Shown piece by piece: positions 13,614 to 26,400 of a DNA stretch of 64,000 nt. Below the pieces are notes generated by a model, which worked only from the letters and a program-made list of their open reading frames with translations, made no database searches and had not been told where the DNA came from. Within the stretch, counting starts at the first letter, position 1, and every line of letters starts with the position of its first letter. The stretch is from Nemertoderma westbladi (Eukaryota; Animalia; Xenacoelomorpha), in contig JAUCBJ010006710.1 in NCBI GenBank assembly GCA_032718475.1, positions 1-64,000 on the forward strand. Reading direction: 5' to 3'. A program made the translations under genes and the position numbers.

Positions 13614-14554
13614 AATGTTTTATATGTACAATAAAACATATAAAACTACTGTACTGTATCAGTGAATGTATATTTTGCCAAGGTTTATTTGAAATTAAAC
13701 CGCAATTATTTGAATTAGACTCCGTATCTTTTTTGTTTAAGAATGATGTTAGACGCTGAAAGTGCGAAATGTGCCCATTATTAACGAAATGCAATATAGG
13801 TCTAGTTAGGTGTTTGCATTAAAAGCCAAATAAATTTTTTCAACTGCGCAAAAGTGTTTGTCCATGATCCCCATGAAATTCCTGACATCAAGAGCTTTTA
13901 GAATATATTTTGGTTTACTATATTCTGGAGAAAAAATTTTTTGGAAAAATTTACACCCGTTTTGGCCAATTTTAGTGAGAATGGGCCTATTGGATATAAT
14001 TTTACGTCTTATATTATAGCGCGAGGAGGGGGAGTTCTGTGCTACTTCAAACATTTTGGTTGTTTGAATTCGCATTATTTTTACTCATTATATTTATTGT
14101 TATTATTTTTGTTGTTTATATTTTTACAATTATAATTCTTACTATTACTATTTTTAGTTATATATTATACGGCAGTTTACAGACAGACCACAATTATTGC
14201 AGTTCGACAAATCAGCTAGTATGACTGTGTATGTACAATGTAGCATTAAACTATGTACATAAATTACATGGTTAAATTGCCATAATTGCACAACAAACAC
14301 AAGTGTGTTCACCACTGACAGTATTGTAGTACTTTAGTACCAGATTGTGGGAGCTCGGATTTCCGCAGCCCATCGCCAATAATGGTGAGCGCCCTCCATG
14401 GCCGTCGCCCACCTCGCAGGCATAATGAGTTCGAGAGAAGGAGCGCGAATTTAGTAGCAAAAAACCAGTTATATCATCACAAAATAATATAATAGTAGGC
14501 CTACATGTATTAATACAGTTAATTAATTATTATAACTTCAATATTTTTTTTTAG

Positions 14555-14604
14555 GTGGACCAAAACAGAGTAAATTCTTTGTGATTTACTTTGAATATAA
14601 CTGA
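14555..14604 (+). CDS. Candidate terminal exon of the host gene (RGPKQSKFFVIYFEYN*)
   Basis: T-rich ttag| acceptor; phase-1 start matches the donor after 8042; ends in TGA. Confidence 0.6.
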
Positions 14605-15149
14605 AACGGCAATAAGAACATGATTTCGGGAATTTGATATGAAATGAGACAATAATTATTTACCGCAAATCATTTCCCAAAATACTGTAATTACGTAGTA
14701 ACGAAATTTACTGTAGTAAAATTGTTAAATTAATAGTAAATATTTTTTTTTCTGCGTGCATCTATTTTAATTTATTTAAAAGAACCTATACATACACACA
14801 GTAAATATAAATTTCTTCATATATGTTATGTATACATGTAAGCTGTCTTGAATTAAAACCATTTTAAGGGAAGGATGTTACAAAATGTTACAGATCATTC
14901 TCCAAAGTAAAGTTCAGTTCGTATGACTTTACAAAACTCGGGGAAACAAATCTAATTGGCTGGATTGGTTTCTACTGCGTATAACAACAACAAACATCCA
15001 ATCAAGGATATCTATTATTTAGAAGATCAGATTGGGACTGCTGTTTCCTTAGAAATCTTAAATCGAATCGGTATAAATATAATGTAAAATTTAAAAAAGA
15101 TTCGACTTAGTAGACATATTATAGATTGGAGTTGAACTACAGTAGCTCT

Positions 15150-15620
15150 CTCTCTCGGGGCAAATACCACACCCTGGTTTGCCGTTCCACAGGGTGGGTG
15201 TCGCAGTGGAGTCAGATATGAGGCCCATCGCCCATACCTACTCTGGCGCACATGACCCACCATTGGCTGTGCAGCTCATCTGCTGGGCCATCCGTTATAC
15301 CCCTGCTGCCAGGTGCAGGTCGCAGTGAAGTGCTCTCAGAGTGGACATGAGAACACTCTACTCCTGACCAGCCATTGGTAGATTAACATCTGCCTGGACA
15401 TGCCATATACTCCTGCAGCCAAGAATATGGGTCCTTAATCCAGGACCAAGGGCGTCCTTATCCCAGAACGAAGGGGGTCCTAGTTACAGGACCAGATTTG
15501 CCCTAGTAAGAGGGTCTATACAGCCACAGGTAGCACCTCCTTTATGCTGCATGGAGGTGGCAAGTTTTCTTGATCAATGACCTAGAATACCTGACCTGAC
15601 CCGTGTTACCATAGCGACCC
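15150..15620 (-). mobile_element. Probable 5' region of the RTE-like family
   Basis: About 15152-15215 is a close reverse-complement match to 1-64; the GC-rich hairpin-forming extension is inferred and its extent is uncertain. Confidence 0.5.
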
Positions 15621-16495
15621 ATGTATCATCCGAGTTGAACAGTAACTTATTTATCTTCCTTTTGATTTCTTTGATTGGATGATTGTTGTTATAGAAACCA
15701 CTATACCCAGTCAGATTTGTTTCCGAGTTTTTCCGAGTCGTTTGACCGAGTTTGAAAAGGTAGGAGAAACAAAAAAATTACAAGACAGTCCGCTCAGGGA
15801 CACCATAATGGTATACACTTCACCGGCTTAATTGACTCCACTAAAAACATGTATAAATGAATGTATTGGTTAGTTACGTATTGTTTGTGCTGTGCATGCA
15901 TGTATCATACTTTATAATTATGGAGAAATATGGAGTTTTATTTTAGTCTGGTGCAGGATAAATAAATGTCATATGTATGTAGTCAATTTAACTTTTCCTT
16001 TTATGTGGTATTCGATTTGCAACATCAATTTTTTATTGCTATTTTTCATAGAATGTGTCAATAAATGGTGCAGTTAAAATTTATTTAACACACTACAAAA
16101 AATAGTATGTAAAAATTTGAAAGTGAGAAAGGCGATAATGAAAGTGCCGTAGAGCATATCTCAGTCAATAAAATAATATTTAAAAGAGAATAAATAGCAT
16201 CAGGCCACAAACCGCTCTAAATTCAAAAGTTTTTCGTGTTGAAGATAAACATATACTGTATAAGTTTCTGTGCCTAAAACAACTAGTAGGCCAAGTTAGG
16301 TAAGCACTTTAAATTTTTAAAATGGTAATATATTGGTTTCAACCTGTGTGTAATCTATAGATAGGCCTATTGTGTATTTTGAAGATATCTGCCGTAAAAA
16401 TATATCTTTGGTGGGTTGTTTATTTATTTTAATTACTTTATATTTTTGTGCGTAAAAATTATTATTGTCTAAGATATTGGCAAACAAGTTAATTA

Positions 16496-17378
16496 CACCA
16501 TAACCCTTAATACAACAACAATATTTAGGGGGTCGGAGCCCTCCCCCCCCCCCCCCCCCCCCCTCTATTTTTTTCAAATTTCAATAAAATGCTACGAAAT
16601 TCGGTACGATGATAGAACGACACCTTTTCTTACTGGTGGCCTGGCCGGATTTTTTAATTTATGAGCTATTTCGATACAACAAGCCGTTAAAAAACGTCTA
16701 TTTCGCAATATTTAGCCACCTCCGTCGGCTTTACTTTTCGTCTTTGGAACGAAATCTAGATATCATCATATCCGCCTTCATCTGGAGATTCTGAATCTGA
16801 AACCCGCTGTAAATTTCACCAAGAACTTCCGGAGATATTATCAAAAAACTAAGGTGTAAATTTTGTGACATAAATCGTATAATTCTAATGTGTCTTTTAC
16901 TCAATTATAGAATATTAATTATGGGTAATGAAAATACAAGATAGATGTAGAGTTTTAAACGCTGAGCTACATAATAATTAATATTCTAGAATAAAGACAA
17001 CAAAACATCAGAATTGTAGCGATTTACGTCTCTAAATTTACACATTAGTATTTTGATAATATCTTAACCGTTTTTTTTTAAACGGTTTTCAGATTCGGAA
17101 TCTCCAGACGAAGGCGCTTCGAATGATATCTAGATTACATTTCAAAGACGTAAGATAAAGTATACGGAGGTGGTTAAACATTGCTAAATAGACATTTTTT
17201 AAGGGATTGTTGTATGGAAATAACTGATAAATTGAAAAATCCGGCCTGGCCACCAGTACGAAAAGGTGTCGATCTATCATCATACCAAATTTCTTAACAT
17301 TTTCTTGAAATTTGAAAAAAATTAGGGGGGGGGGGCTTCGACCCCCTAAAAGTGGTTGTTGTATTAAGGGTTATGGTG
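16496..17378. mobile_element. Fold-back MITE with long inverted arms and TA flanks (Tc1/mariner-like)
   Basis: TA-caccataacccttaatacaacaac ... gttgttgtattaagggttatggtg-TA; mirrored ORFs at 16609(+) and 17283(-) are similar. Confidence 0.8.
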
Positions 17379-17569
17379 TAATAAATTTGGTCTAATTGTT
17401 ATACTCTATTTAATGATTCTCCGTTAAATATTCATAAAGAAGGCCCCCAATATCTCGTCCATCGTTTGAGAGAGGGGGGGGTGGGCATTATTGTCAAATA
17501 AACAGGTTGTTCAGCTTGAATAGAGAATATTGCCTGTTATATAAAACGCCGGATAAATATGAGGGTTGG

Positions 17570-18075
17570 GGTGTGTGTGGGGGTGTTTAGGTGTGTGTGT
17601 GGTTGCCCAGCTGTTTACTGGTCAACCGCACACACACACTACTGCACTAAGTGCTCCAAAGAGGCCAACCATTCATTGGTTCGATTTTGACATTTTACTA
17701 TTTTTATTAGTAGGGGGGAATTTGAAATTTGATAAAATTCTATCGACCTATTGTTGATACTGCGGTTCTGGTATTGGTTTTATATAACGAGAAATCGGAA
17801 TAACAAAAAAAAATACAGTATTAATGTAGTAGCTGCGGGGTAGACACCGGTACGAAATCTGGTACGAATGCAGTAGATTTCGATACTGCAATATAAAACC
17901 AATACCAGAACCGCATAGGTCGATGGAATTTCATTAAATTTAAAATTTCCCCATACTAATTACAATAATAAAATGTAAACTCGAATCAATGAATGGTTGG
18001 CCTCTTTGGAGCACTTAGTGCAGGGGTGTGTGTGAGTGGTTTACCAGTGAACAACTGGACAACCACACACACCCT
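17570..18075. mobile_element. Palindromic MITE-like element with arms ending in minisatellite units
   Basis: ctgcactaagtgctccaaagaggccaaccattcatt near 17642 is inverted at about 17988-18023. Confidence 0.65.
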
Positions 18076-18650
18076 AGACACCTACACAACTGGACAACCA
18101 CACACACAACTGGACAACCGCTACACACAACTGGGCAACCATACACACAACTGGACAACCACACAAACAACTGGTCAACCACTACACACAACTGGACAAC
18201 CATACACACAACTAGACAACCAAACACACAACTGAACAACCAAACACACAACTGGACAACCACACACACAAATGGACAACCAAAGACACAACTGGACAAA
18301 CACTACACACAACTGGACAACCACACACACAACTGGACAACCAAACACAATACTGGACAACCATACACACAACTGGACAACCACACACACAAATGGACCA
18401 CCATACACACAACTGGACAACCACACACACAAATGGACAACATACACACAACTGGACAACCACACAAACAAACATTAGCAACCAACACAAACAACAACTA
18501 CACATACAACTGGAGAACCACACACACACACCCCGACACCCCCCAAATGAAACATGATGTGTGTGTGTGGTTGTCTAGGTGTGTGTGTGGTTGTCTAGGT
18601 GTGTGTGGTTATCCAGGTGTGTGTGTGGTTGTCTAGGTGTATGTGTGTTG
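18052..18650. repeat. Minisatellite of about 20 bp (acaactggacaaccacacac) with an orientation switch near 18550
   Basis: Tandem repetition; explains the spurious ORFs here. Confidence 0.9.
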
Positions 18651-19475
18651 GCAAATATACCAAAGGGCTAACTTTGCAAGCTATTTTTCCGCTATTGTGC
18701 TAACTTTTCCAAAGTGCTAACTCAAAGTGCTAACTCGTGGTCCTTGCAATCTGAAACTTTGTCAAAACGTTTTTTAGACCATTTCCCACAAGTTAGCATT
18801 TTACCACTTTTGCAGTCCAGTGTGTCATGTGTATGAAAAACTTGGCCCCCCTTAGCGGCATTATGGGAACTGGTACTTTTCAAACACACTTAAACACTCA
18901 AGAGTATGGAATGGCCATAATGCTAACTTACAAACACACTTCTTACACTTACATTCCATTTGTACCAACTACCAAGTGCTAAATGATTATAAGACCGCAA
19001 ATACCCTAATACGCTAACTCGCTGAATGTTAATTGCGAATACCCCTCCGTTTCGCGAATAGCCAATTGTACACGTATAACCTAATAATAAAAGCGTTTTG
19101 CACAAAATGCGGGGGCGCGAAAGTGTTAACTTATTACTTTTAGATAGTCTTTGAAAGTACCTAACCCGATAACTGTGTATTGTCATGGAAACGTAATGGT
19201 TTCTTACCTGGACATTCATACAATGTATTTCAATTTATTGCACAGGCGACATATTATTATGTAGTGAGTGATTGCCGTGGAATGGAAATACATAGATATA
19301 TTGACAATCGTTATTTCAAAATTCATCCGGTCTAAATGTTGAGATACCCCAAATTGAGGTTCTAAATTTGTGAATATATTAGTGAAACAATTTTATGGTT
19401 AAAGAGAAAACTCTATTTGTTTTTACGTGCCTATACAGTTTTTATCCCTGAGTCAGACTACAGCCAGACAGCACA

Positions 19476-20331
19476 ATGTCCCCGCTCTTAATCTCCACAG
19501 TTTTCATCGTTCTGGGTCGTTTCGTTGTGGCAGAACCATCCGATCCGCGGGGTAACAATGCAACCCACCCAATACCCGTATTGGACTGGTTTGCGGAACA
19601 CCCTCTCGCTACCGTTTCGAACTGCCGCGCCGAATCGACGGAGATGTGGTCGACGAGTGGATTTAGCCTCTACTGCTCTCGTCGGGGAAGAAGATCTTGG
19701 GTCTCCTCTCCACGATCTAGAGGCCTAATCGCTAAACTCTGTCTTCTGTCTCTGGCTGGGGATATTGAGACCAACCCAGGACCCAGCAGGACGCGGGCCC
19801 CGAAGATCAACTGTCCCGTCTGTCAACGAGGAACAAACTCTCGGAGTAAGATCGTCCAATGCGAGAGTTGTGACACATTTGTACATTTAAAATGTTACCG
19901 TAGGAAACGCAGTAATTTATTCTCCACCAGAAACAATCTTGAACCAAGTTTTCTCTGCAATAGCTGTATTTTTACCGAACTTCCCTTTCATGATACAATT
20001 TTAGAATCAGAAACCGACGATTCATTTCTCACATCACCTCTGCAAACTCCAAGTGATGCTGAGAGTGAAACTTTTAATTTTTTTAAGAAAAAAGGTCTGC
20101 ATTTTTTGCATTTAAACGCACGATCTCTGCTTCCAAAACTTTCCGAAATTCGTATTTTAATCAATAAATCCAACCCAGCAGTTTTAACAATCTCTGAAAC
20201 TTGGCTCGATGATAGTGTTTCTGATGGAGAAATTTATATTGATAATTACGTAGTTTTACGTAAGGATAGGGACAGACACGGTGGTGGTGTCTGTACTTAC
20301 ATTCGATGTGATTTAGCTTTTAATCGTAGGA
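19476..20331 (+). pseudogene. CR1/L2-group LINE ORF: 2A-like peptide, PHD finger and APE endonuclease, truncated at the LTR of element A
   Basis: LSLAGDIETNPGP; CPVC..CESC...HLKC..CNSC; HLNARSL, ISETWL, RHGGGV. Confidence 0.85.
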
Positions 20332-21502
20332 CCGCAAGGTACCGTTATAGGTGTTTTAACGGACATAAAAGTCATTCTTCTATATACGTGCTTTGGAGGA
20401 CATGGTAAGGCAAAAAACCCGCAATGCACCAAATACCCTTGCACAGCTTAGCCTTGATGATTCAGATTACGACATCTAACAGCTGGTTGCTGACATGGAA
20501 ACGGCCATTGTACACATGGTTCTTTGTTTGCTTAACAGCCAATCAGAGCGATTTTTTCTGTCGATGTGGAGCCTTTTAGCAGATCATGCTAGGAGTGTTC
20601 AGTCTTACTGTTTTTCTTGATACTGTTGTGTTGTTTCTATCTAGGCCAGGAACACCGGCTCTAGAGTCAATTCGTTTTCATACTTTAGAAGAAACATTAG
20701 TAGGCTTAAATTATAGAGCGTATAACTGTTATCATAACATAACAATCAGTGCATAACAATCGGTGCAACTCCGTTCAGTCTTGCATTATCGGTTCAACAT
20801 ACATTGTTGTGCTGCTGTTTGCTGTTGTCATATTTTGTATCAGTTGGTTGAATATTATTTGGAGAACATCTATAAAGAACCCAAATTTCCCAATTTTCTT
20901 GATACACTACAGGTTAGAGAGACGGGTTATATATAGCGATTGCGACTTATATTATTGTGGTTTGTAGTGAATTTAATGCTATTTGATAAGCACTACATGA
21001 GTCAGTTGCTGTTCTCTTTATATATGATAAAATTCATTGACGGTCGGCAAATTAGTGAGCAGTATTGTGTGTTACCGGTAGTGTGCATGATTGTGGCTGA
21101 TAACTAAGCATTTCCTAAAGAATGCGCCTCATACGTGAATCATAAGCCTTACCGACTTACCGTTGTGATTAGTATAAGTCATATCTCTGTTTACCTAGAT
21201 AGAGCGCCACGTCCTAAAGGAACTGTTAATATTTCCCGAAAGTGAATAATATTAGTCAGAAATTATTTATTAACGATCAATCGAATAATACAGTAAGCTT
21301 ACACTGCAATAATAATCTAAGCCCTCAGAATCCAGTCTCCCGGGTATATCCAGCGGGTGAATGGACGCGCACTAGGCTGGCTTCTGCTAATGTTGTGTTT
21401 ATTGGTATTAAATATTTGTCAACTTCTAAAGTCTATTTGTAAACCAAAAGACATATAAATTTTGGCAGGTTAAACTGCTAAAGGTCTTCAAAAGCGCGTA
21501 CA
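20332..21502 (+). repeat. Element A 5' LTR, lacking its first 37 bp
   Basis: Matches 52846-54016 with one mismatch seen (20511); ends ...gcgcgtaCA. Confidence 0.92.
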
Positions 21503-21547
21503 ATAACAGTTATTGACTTTATTGCAGTAAGCAATAAAGTTGAAAGT

Positions 21548-21695
21548 ACCGGTCGACCGGTAAACTTGAACCGGTACTTCTGTAGGTCAGTAGGCCCAAC
21601 TGCCAGAACCGGTACTGCTGTAGGTCCGTAGGTCCAACTGCCAGAACCGGTACTTCTGTAGGTCTGTAGGCCCAACTGTCCTAACCGGTACTTCC
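21548..21695. repeat. Tandem repeat of about 39 bp in the element A leader
   Basis: accggtacttctgtaggtcNgtaggcccaactgccaga, 3 or more copies. Confidence 0.8.
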
Positions 21696-21829
21696 AGTAT
21701 AAGTACATTAGTATTATTCGATTTTGATTATTGTATACCGGTAGGTCTCGATATTAAATCGGGGACGCCTGGTTTTTATTGGGATCTTACTTAGGTCTAT
21801 TTCTGTCAGTTTTATTTCCTAGTAAGTTA

Positions 21830-22405
21830 ATATTGAGCTGAAGACGTGTAAGTCTGCTCAGATTGTTCAGATAACTGTAGGCCGGACTGTTGTCGGATTG
21901 TTGTTGGGTTTGGAGAGATTACGGCGTGTGTGGAGTTTGTCCGATAGAGTGCCAGTTAGTAAGTTGGGGCAGCCATAGCTGTAAGGTCAATCCCCTCTCA
22001 AAGAATAAGTCGTACTACCGTGTTAGAACGCATACTAACTAACCATTTTGGAATCTGCACATACTGTAGTTTATTTAGGCTTGACAGTATTCTGCCAGCG
22101 TTTTGGCCTGTGTTTGTTTGTGTGGTCTGTTCAGGTACCGTAATAGTTATTACTCAGATATTTTGTAGGCTGGATTGTTGTCTAGCTATTATTAGGTCTG
22201 AAGAGATTGCTGCTTGTGTAGAGTTTGTCTGATAAAGTGCCAGTTAGTAAGTTGGGGCAGCCATAGCTGTAAGGTCAATCCCCTCTTAAAGAATAAGTCG
22301 TACTACCGTGTTAGAACGCATACTAACTAACCATTTCGGAATCTGCACATACAGTAGTTTATTTAGGCTTGGTGGTAGTCTGCCAGCGTTTGGTTTGTAT
22401 TTTGT
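21830..22405. repeat. Tandem duplication with a 288-bp period in the element A leader
   Basis: gtgccagttagtaagttggggcagccatagc at 21949 and 22237; boundaries approximate. Confidence 0.8.
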
Positions 22406-23403
22406 TTGAGTATTCTGTACGGGTAGCGTAATATTTATTATTCAGAGTTTATGCGATTATTCGCAACATTTATGTCCCCAAGTTTATTCCTACAGTAATT
22501 GTGCTTGTTACACATACCGTTATAGTTAAATTAACCCCGGTACTACACGGGCTGCTTGGCGTAGGAAAAGACTGGTGACTTTGTGCACCGGTCACTCCAG
22601 CAGATGCCGTGGTTCTTTTAACTGTTCAAGTATATTTAACTACTGATTATTTGTTGTACCAGTACTTGTACCTAATTTAGGGTTTAGTGTACAGTGCTTT
22701 CCGAAAGTAATTAGTGTGTAGGCAGTATATTTGTGTTGTAAAGTGGTTAATAGGCACGTTGGATCTAGTAGTCCGCGGTAATTAACTTCTAGGTAGGAAC
22801 ACTCCGTGATACATAACGTAGTACCTATAGCGATGCGGCTATAGGTCGTCAGGCGGTGGTATTTTCCTATCTGGACAGTGCAATATATTTACTACTACTT
22901 ATTATTTACAAATACCGTAGTACCCTGTCCGTTGTAATAACCAGAATTCTAACCCTTTGTGAGGCTGGTTTGTAGACTTCCTCTAAAATTACCCTAAAAT
23001 TTCGTACGTAATATTTTGTTGTGTTTAATTAGAGATTTAATCTCACCCGTATCGTAAGTAATTTGTAGTATTAAGTAACTTAGGTAAATTAGAATTATCA
23101 GTTTTTAGTGTCCAATAAATAGCACTTCACTGAGAGTGCACAGCTTCTGTGTAGTGACTTCCCCCAGAAATAATAACATTTATTTCAAATATTGACAAAA
23201 CCCATTTTAAACGGGTATATATCTATTATAAATCATCTCAAACGATTTATAAATAGTTTACAATACTTATATATACTATAAGTGTATACCAGTATTGTAA
23301 TATACTGCAATAAATTACCGGTACTAGGCCAACGGTCATACTGAATTACTAGACTTACTTTAACTGTAACTATAGCAGTAAGCATTCAACTGTATAGCTA
23401 AAC

Positions 23404-26400
23404 ATGTCTGACACCCAGCAAAACCTGTCTGACAGTCTAATCGATACAACCATCTGTGACACAGATAGGAGTGTGGAGCGATTAAGAAAGGAGTTCAGCT
23501 CACCTCCTACTGAAAGAAAGGTCATCCTTCCAGTAGTAGTATCAGACCCTAAGCTAATCCAACACCGTAGGTCTATCATCGGCACTCGGGCCCAAGTCAA
23601 GCGGAACCAGGAAGCAGCTGTCCAGCAGCAGCAACATCCTAGTCAAGAAACTTGTTCCCAGCGATCAGATAGCTCCAGTAGTTCGGATACTGTAGAGCTG
23701 ACCCCCGAACGCGGATTGCAGATGGCGCCTACAGCCTACTCGGACCCCCTTCTCACCCTTCCTGCCGCAGTACTAACTACTATATTGATTGCGGTGGAAG
23801 AACATCAAGCCGATTGGGCGAGAAATATGAGAGCGACCCAAGATAATTATGCGGGATACGCCAGGGAAGAATTGATGTCTGTTGTCGAGTCACAATGGAA
23901 CTTTCCCAGACCCGGACTCCCGTTAGATTTGTCCGAGGCTACTTGGGAAGATATACACAGGATGGGAGTGGCTAAAGATACGATGGATCCAGCTGTTTGG
24001 AAGAGGTCGGCAGGAGGATATGTGCAGGGATTCTTCGGCTCCTTAGAGCGATTGGAAGAACAATGGTTTCGACAACCCCAAGGACCTCAAGAGCAGGAAG
24101 AGCTGCTTTATCAAGTACGTGAAAGAACCCTACGCATTAGACTAATCCTATCAGCCTTTGAGGAAACTTCCAAAAGAAGACAGGACACGTCGCTGCAGGT
24201 TGCTGTCAAAACTTGGTTCCAGCGGGTAGGTCTCAAAGTACAAGAAACGGCCCAGTGGAAATCCCAGCTGGCTGAGAGACTAACTTATGAAGAACCAACC
24301 GATGCCACCCTTTCTCAAGTGGAAAGCGAAGTGACCGCAGAGAGACCACGAACGAGAGACGCCATCGACATTTATCTGTCCGACTATCAGCGATTCTTAG
24401 GAGACGAAGAGTTGAGGAGACGGCTGTCTGGACTTTCCCCTAATAGTGAAGGAACCCAGCGTGTGTTGGACTCAATCGATGCTGAAATGTTAGCTGCAAA
24501 CCAAGCTGAATTTGATGAAAAACTTCGCCTCGCTAGAGTCCAGGAAGAAGAAGTAAAGAAAAGGCGGATAGAGGACCGAAAAGCAGCGGCAATCGCAGAA
24601 GCAGAAGCGGAAAGAAAGGAGGCAGCGGCAAAAGCAGAAGCAGAAGCACAAAGAAAGGCGGAAAAGGCAGTGGCAGAAGCAGAACGTAGAGCGTCTGAGC
24701 AGACTACCCAACTGGAGTTGGAAAATCTGCAAGAGACGCAAGACAACATAAATAAACAGTTAACTGCTAGTCGAATGCAGATGATGAGACGATCTACTCC
24801 AAAACGCCAGGGATACACATCATCGGAGGAAAGCGAAACCACCGATCCTGAAGGCGGAAGAAATAGATCTCGTTTAAGCAGGCGTAGAAAAACATCTCAC
24901 CGCCACAAATTGCCTAATTTGCCCCCGGCGGTTAGAAGACAACTAACTAGCGCAGACTTAGGCAATACAGAACCCACAGAACAAATTATTCGGGTCAAAA
25001 GACTCCCTACAATAGTTGATGAGCCTGAAATAATTAGGCCTGTCGTTCCCAAAGTCACTTCTGTGCTAGAGACCCCTGTACTTCCAGAGCTTAACTCTAA
25101 ATTCCCTTTACACAGTACTACACTGCCTGCACCCGGTAGAATAGTCCATGAGAATATCCCTGTCCTGGAAGCAGAGAGAGAAATCAAAGATTTGTCTCCT
25201 GTCGTCCAGCGTCGGCCCGCTACAATGTTGGCGACTCCCGCTTCGGCGGTCGAGTGGGTAGAGGAGGGACGGCGGGGGATGAACCTCCTGCTCGGACAGA
25301 TGCAGGAGACTGTCCACCAACTTAAGGGAACAGTAAGGGAAGGTAGGGCAGAATTGCAGGAAGTGCAGCAAAGTATCGCACTGGAACGCGACAAATTAGT
25401 CAATATACAAAAGGGCATACCAATACCCCCTGTAACATTGTGTCAACCTGTTAGGTCTGAAGTATTACATGCGCAAGGTGTGGAGCCTACACGCATCTAT
25501 ACTGCTGGTGAAGTAGAAACTCCTATAGCAAACCCTATTAAGGGTGATTATAGACCTGTTATTAATGATATTCCCTATAGACATGATAATGATCCGAGAA
25601 ATTTATATACCGATAATTCGATATTAAATAACACGATGGCCCAAGAAAGCTTTACGTGTCAGATGGCTAGAACAGAAGCCCGCCAAGCGGTCAAAGTGGG
25701 AGAGATCGTCAAATTCAATGGAGATGAGATGAAATGGTTACCTTTCAACGAATATTACAAAGACAGCATACAGAACTCTGTACTATCTAACGGAGAGAAA
25801 CTTAGGTTCCTCATCAAGTGCTTGGAAGGACCTCCCAAGTTAATGGCGTTAAAGTTTATTGGACATCCAGAAGGATTAAGACAAGTTTGGGATACATTAA
25901 ACATCAGGTATGGTAACCAGGATAACATAGCTAAGTATTTGTATGCAAAATTAGTAGCCCCCCAAAACTTCCTTAGTAGCGGGATTATAGAGTTTTCCGA
26001 TGAGATTCAGGAGATCTGTAGACAATTGGACTGGTTAGGTAAGTCTCATGAATACCAGAGTTCCATGGTTATTGGAGCAGTAGTCTCTACTTTACCAAAG
26101 GGTGGAGTATGTACACGCTGGGACAAGAAAGTGTTGTATATGAATGAGCAACAACGACGAAGCCCTACCATGGCTGACCTCATGTCCTTCTTAGATGGTG
26201 AAGTAAAACTACAACTCATCAAGCAGTCCAGAGAAAAAACATCGGAAAATAAGGTAAGTGAGAAACCCACTTCTAGGAGAAGAGTAACACCAGTGTGTTA
26301 CACTGACGACGGCGAAAGCCAAGCTTCTCAAGAAGAGGACAGCGGGAAAGACACTGATAGATCTTACTACGTTGAAAAAACCTCAAAGGACGTAAGTAAA

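Noticed and set aside
14340-14460. GC-rich patch resembling an HDV-like ribozyme
   Set aside because: I could not build consistent P1/P2/P3 pairings on either strand
17993-18636. Thr/His- and Cys/Val-rich ORFs
   Set aside because: They are translations of a stop-poor minisatellite
20749-21442. Identical small ORFs repeated at 53263 and 53756
   Set aside because: They are by-products of LTR duplication with non-ATG starts and no motifs
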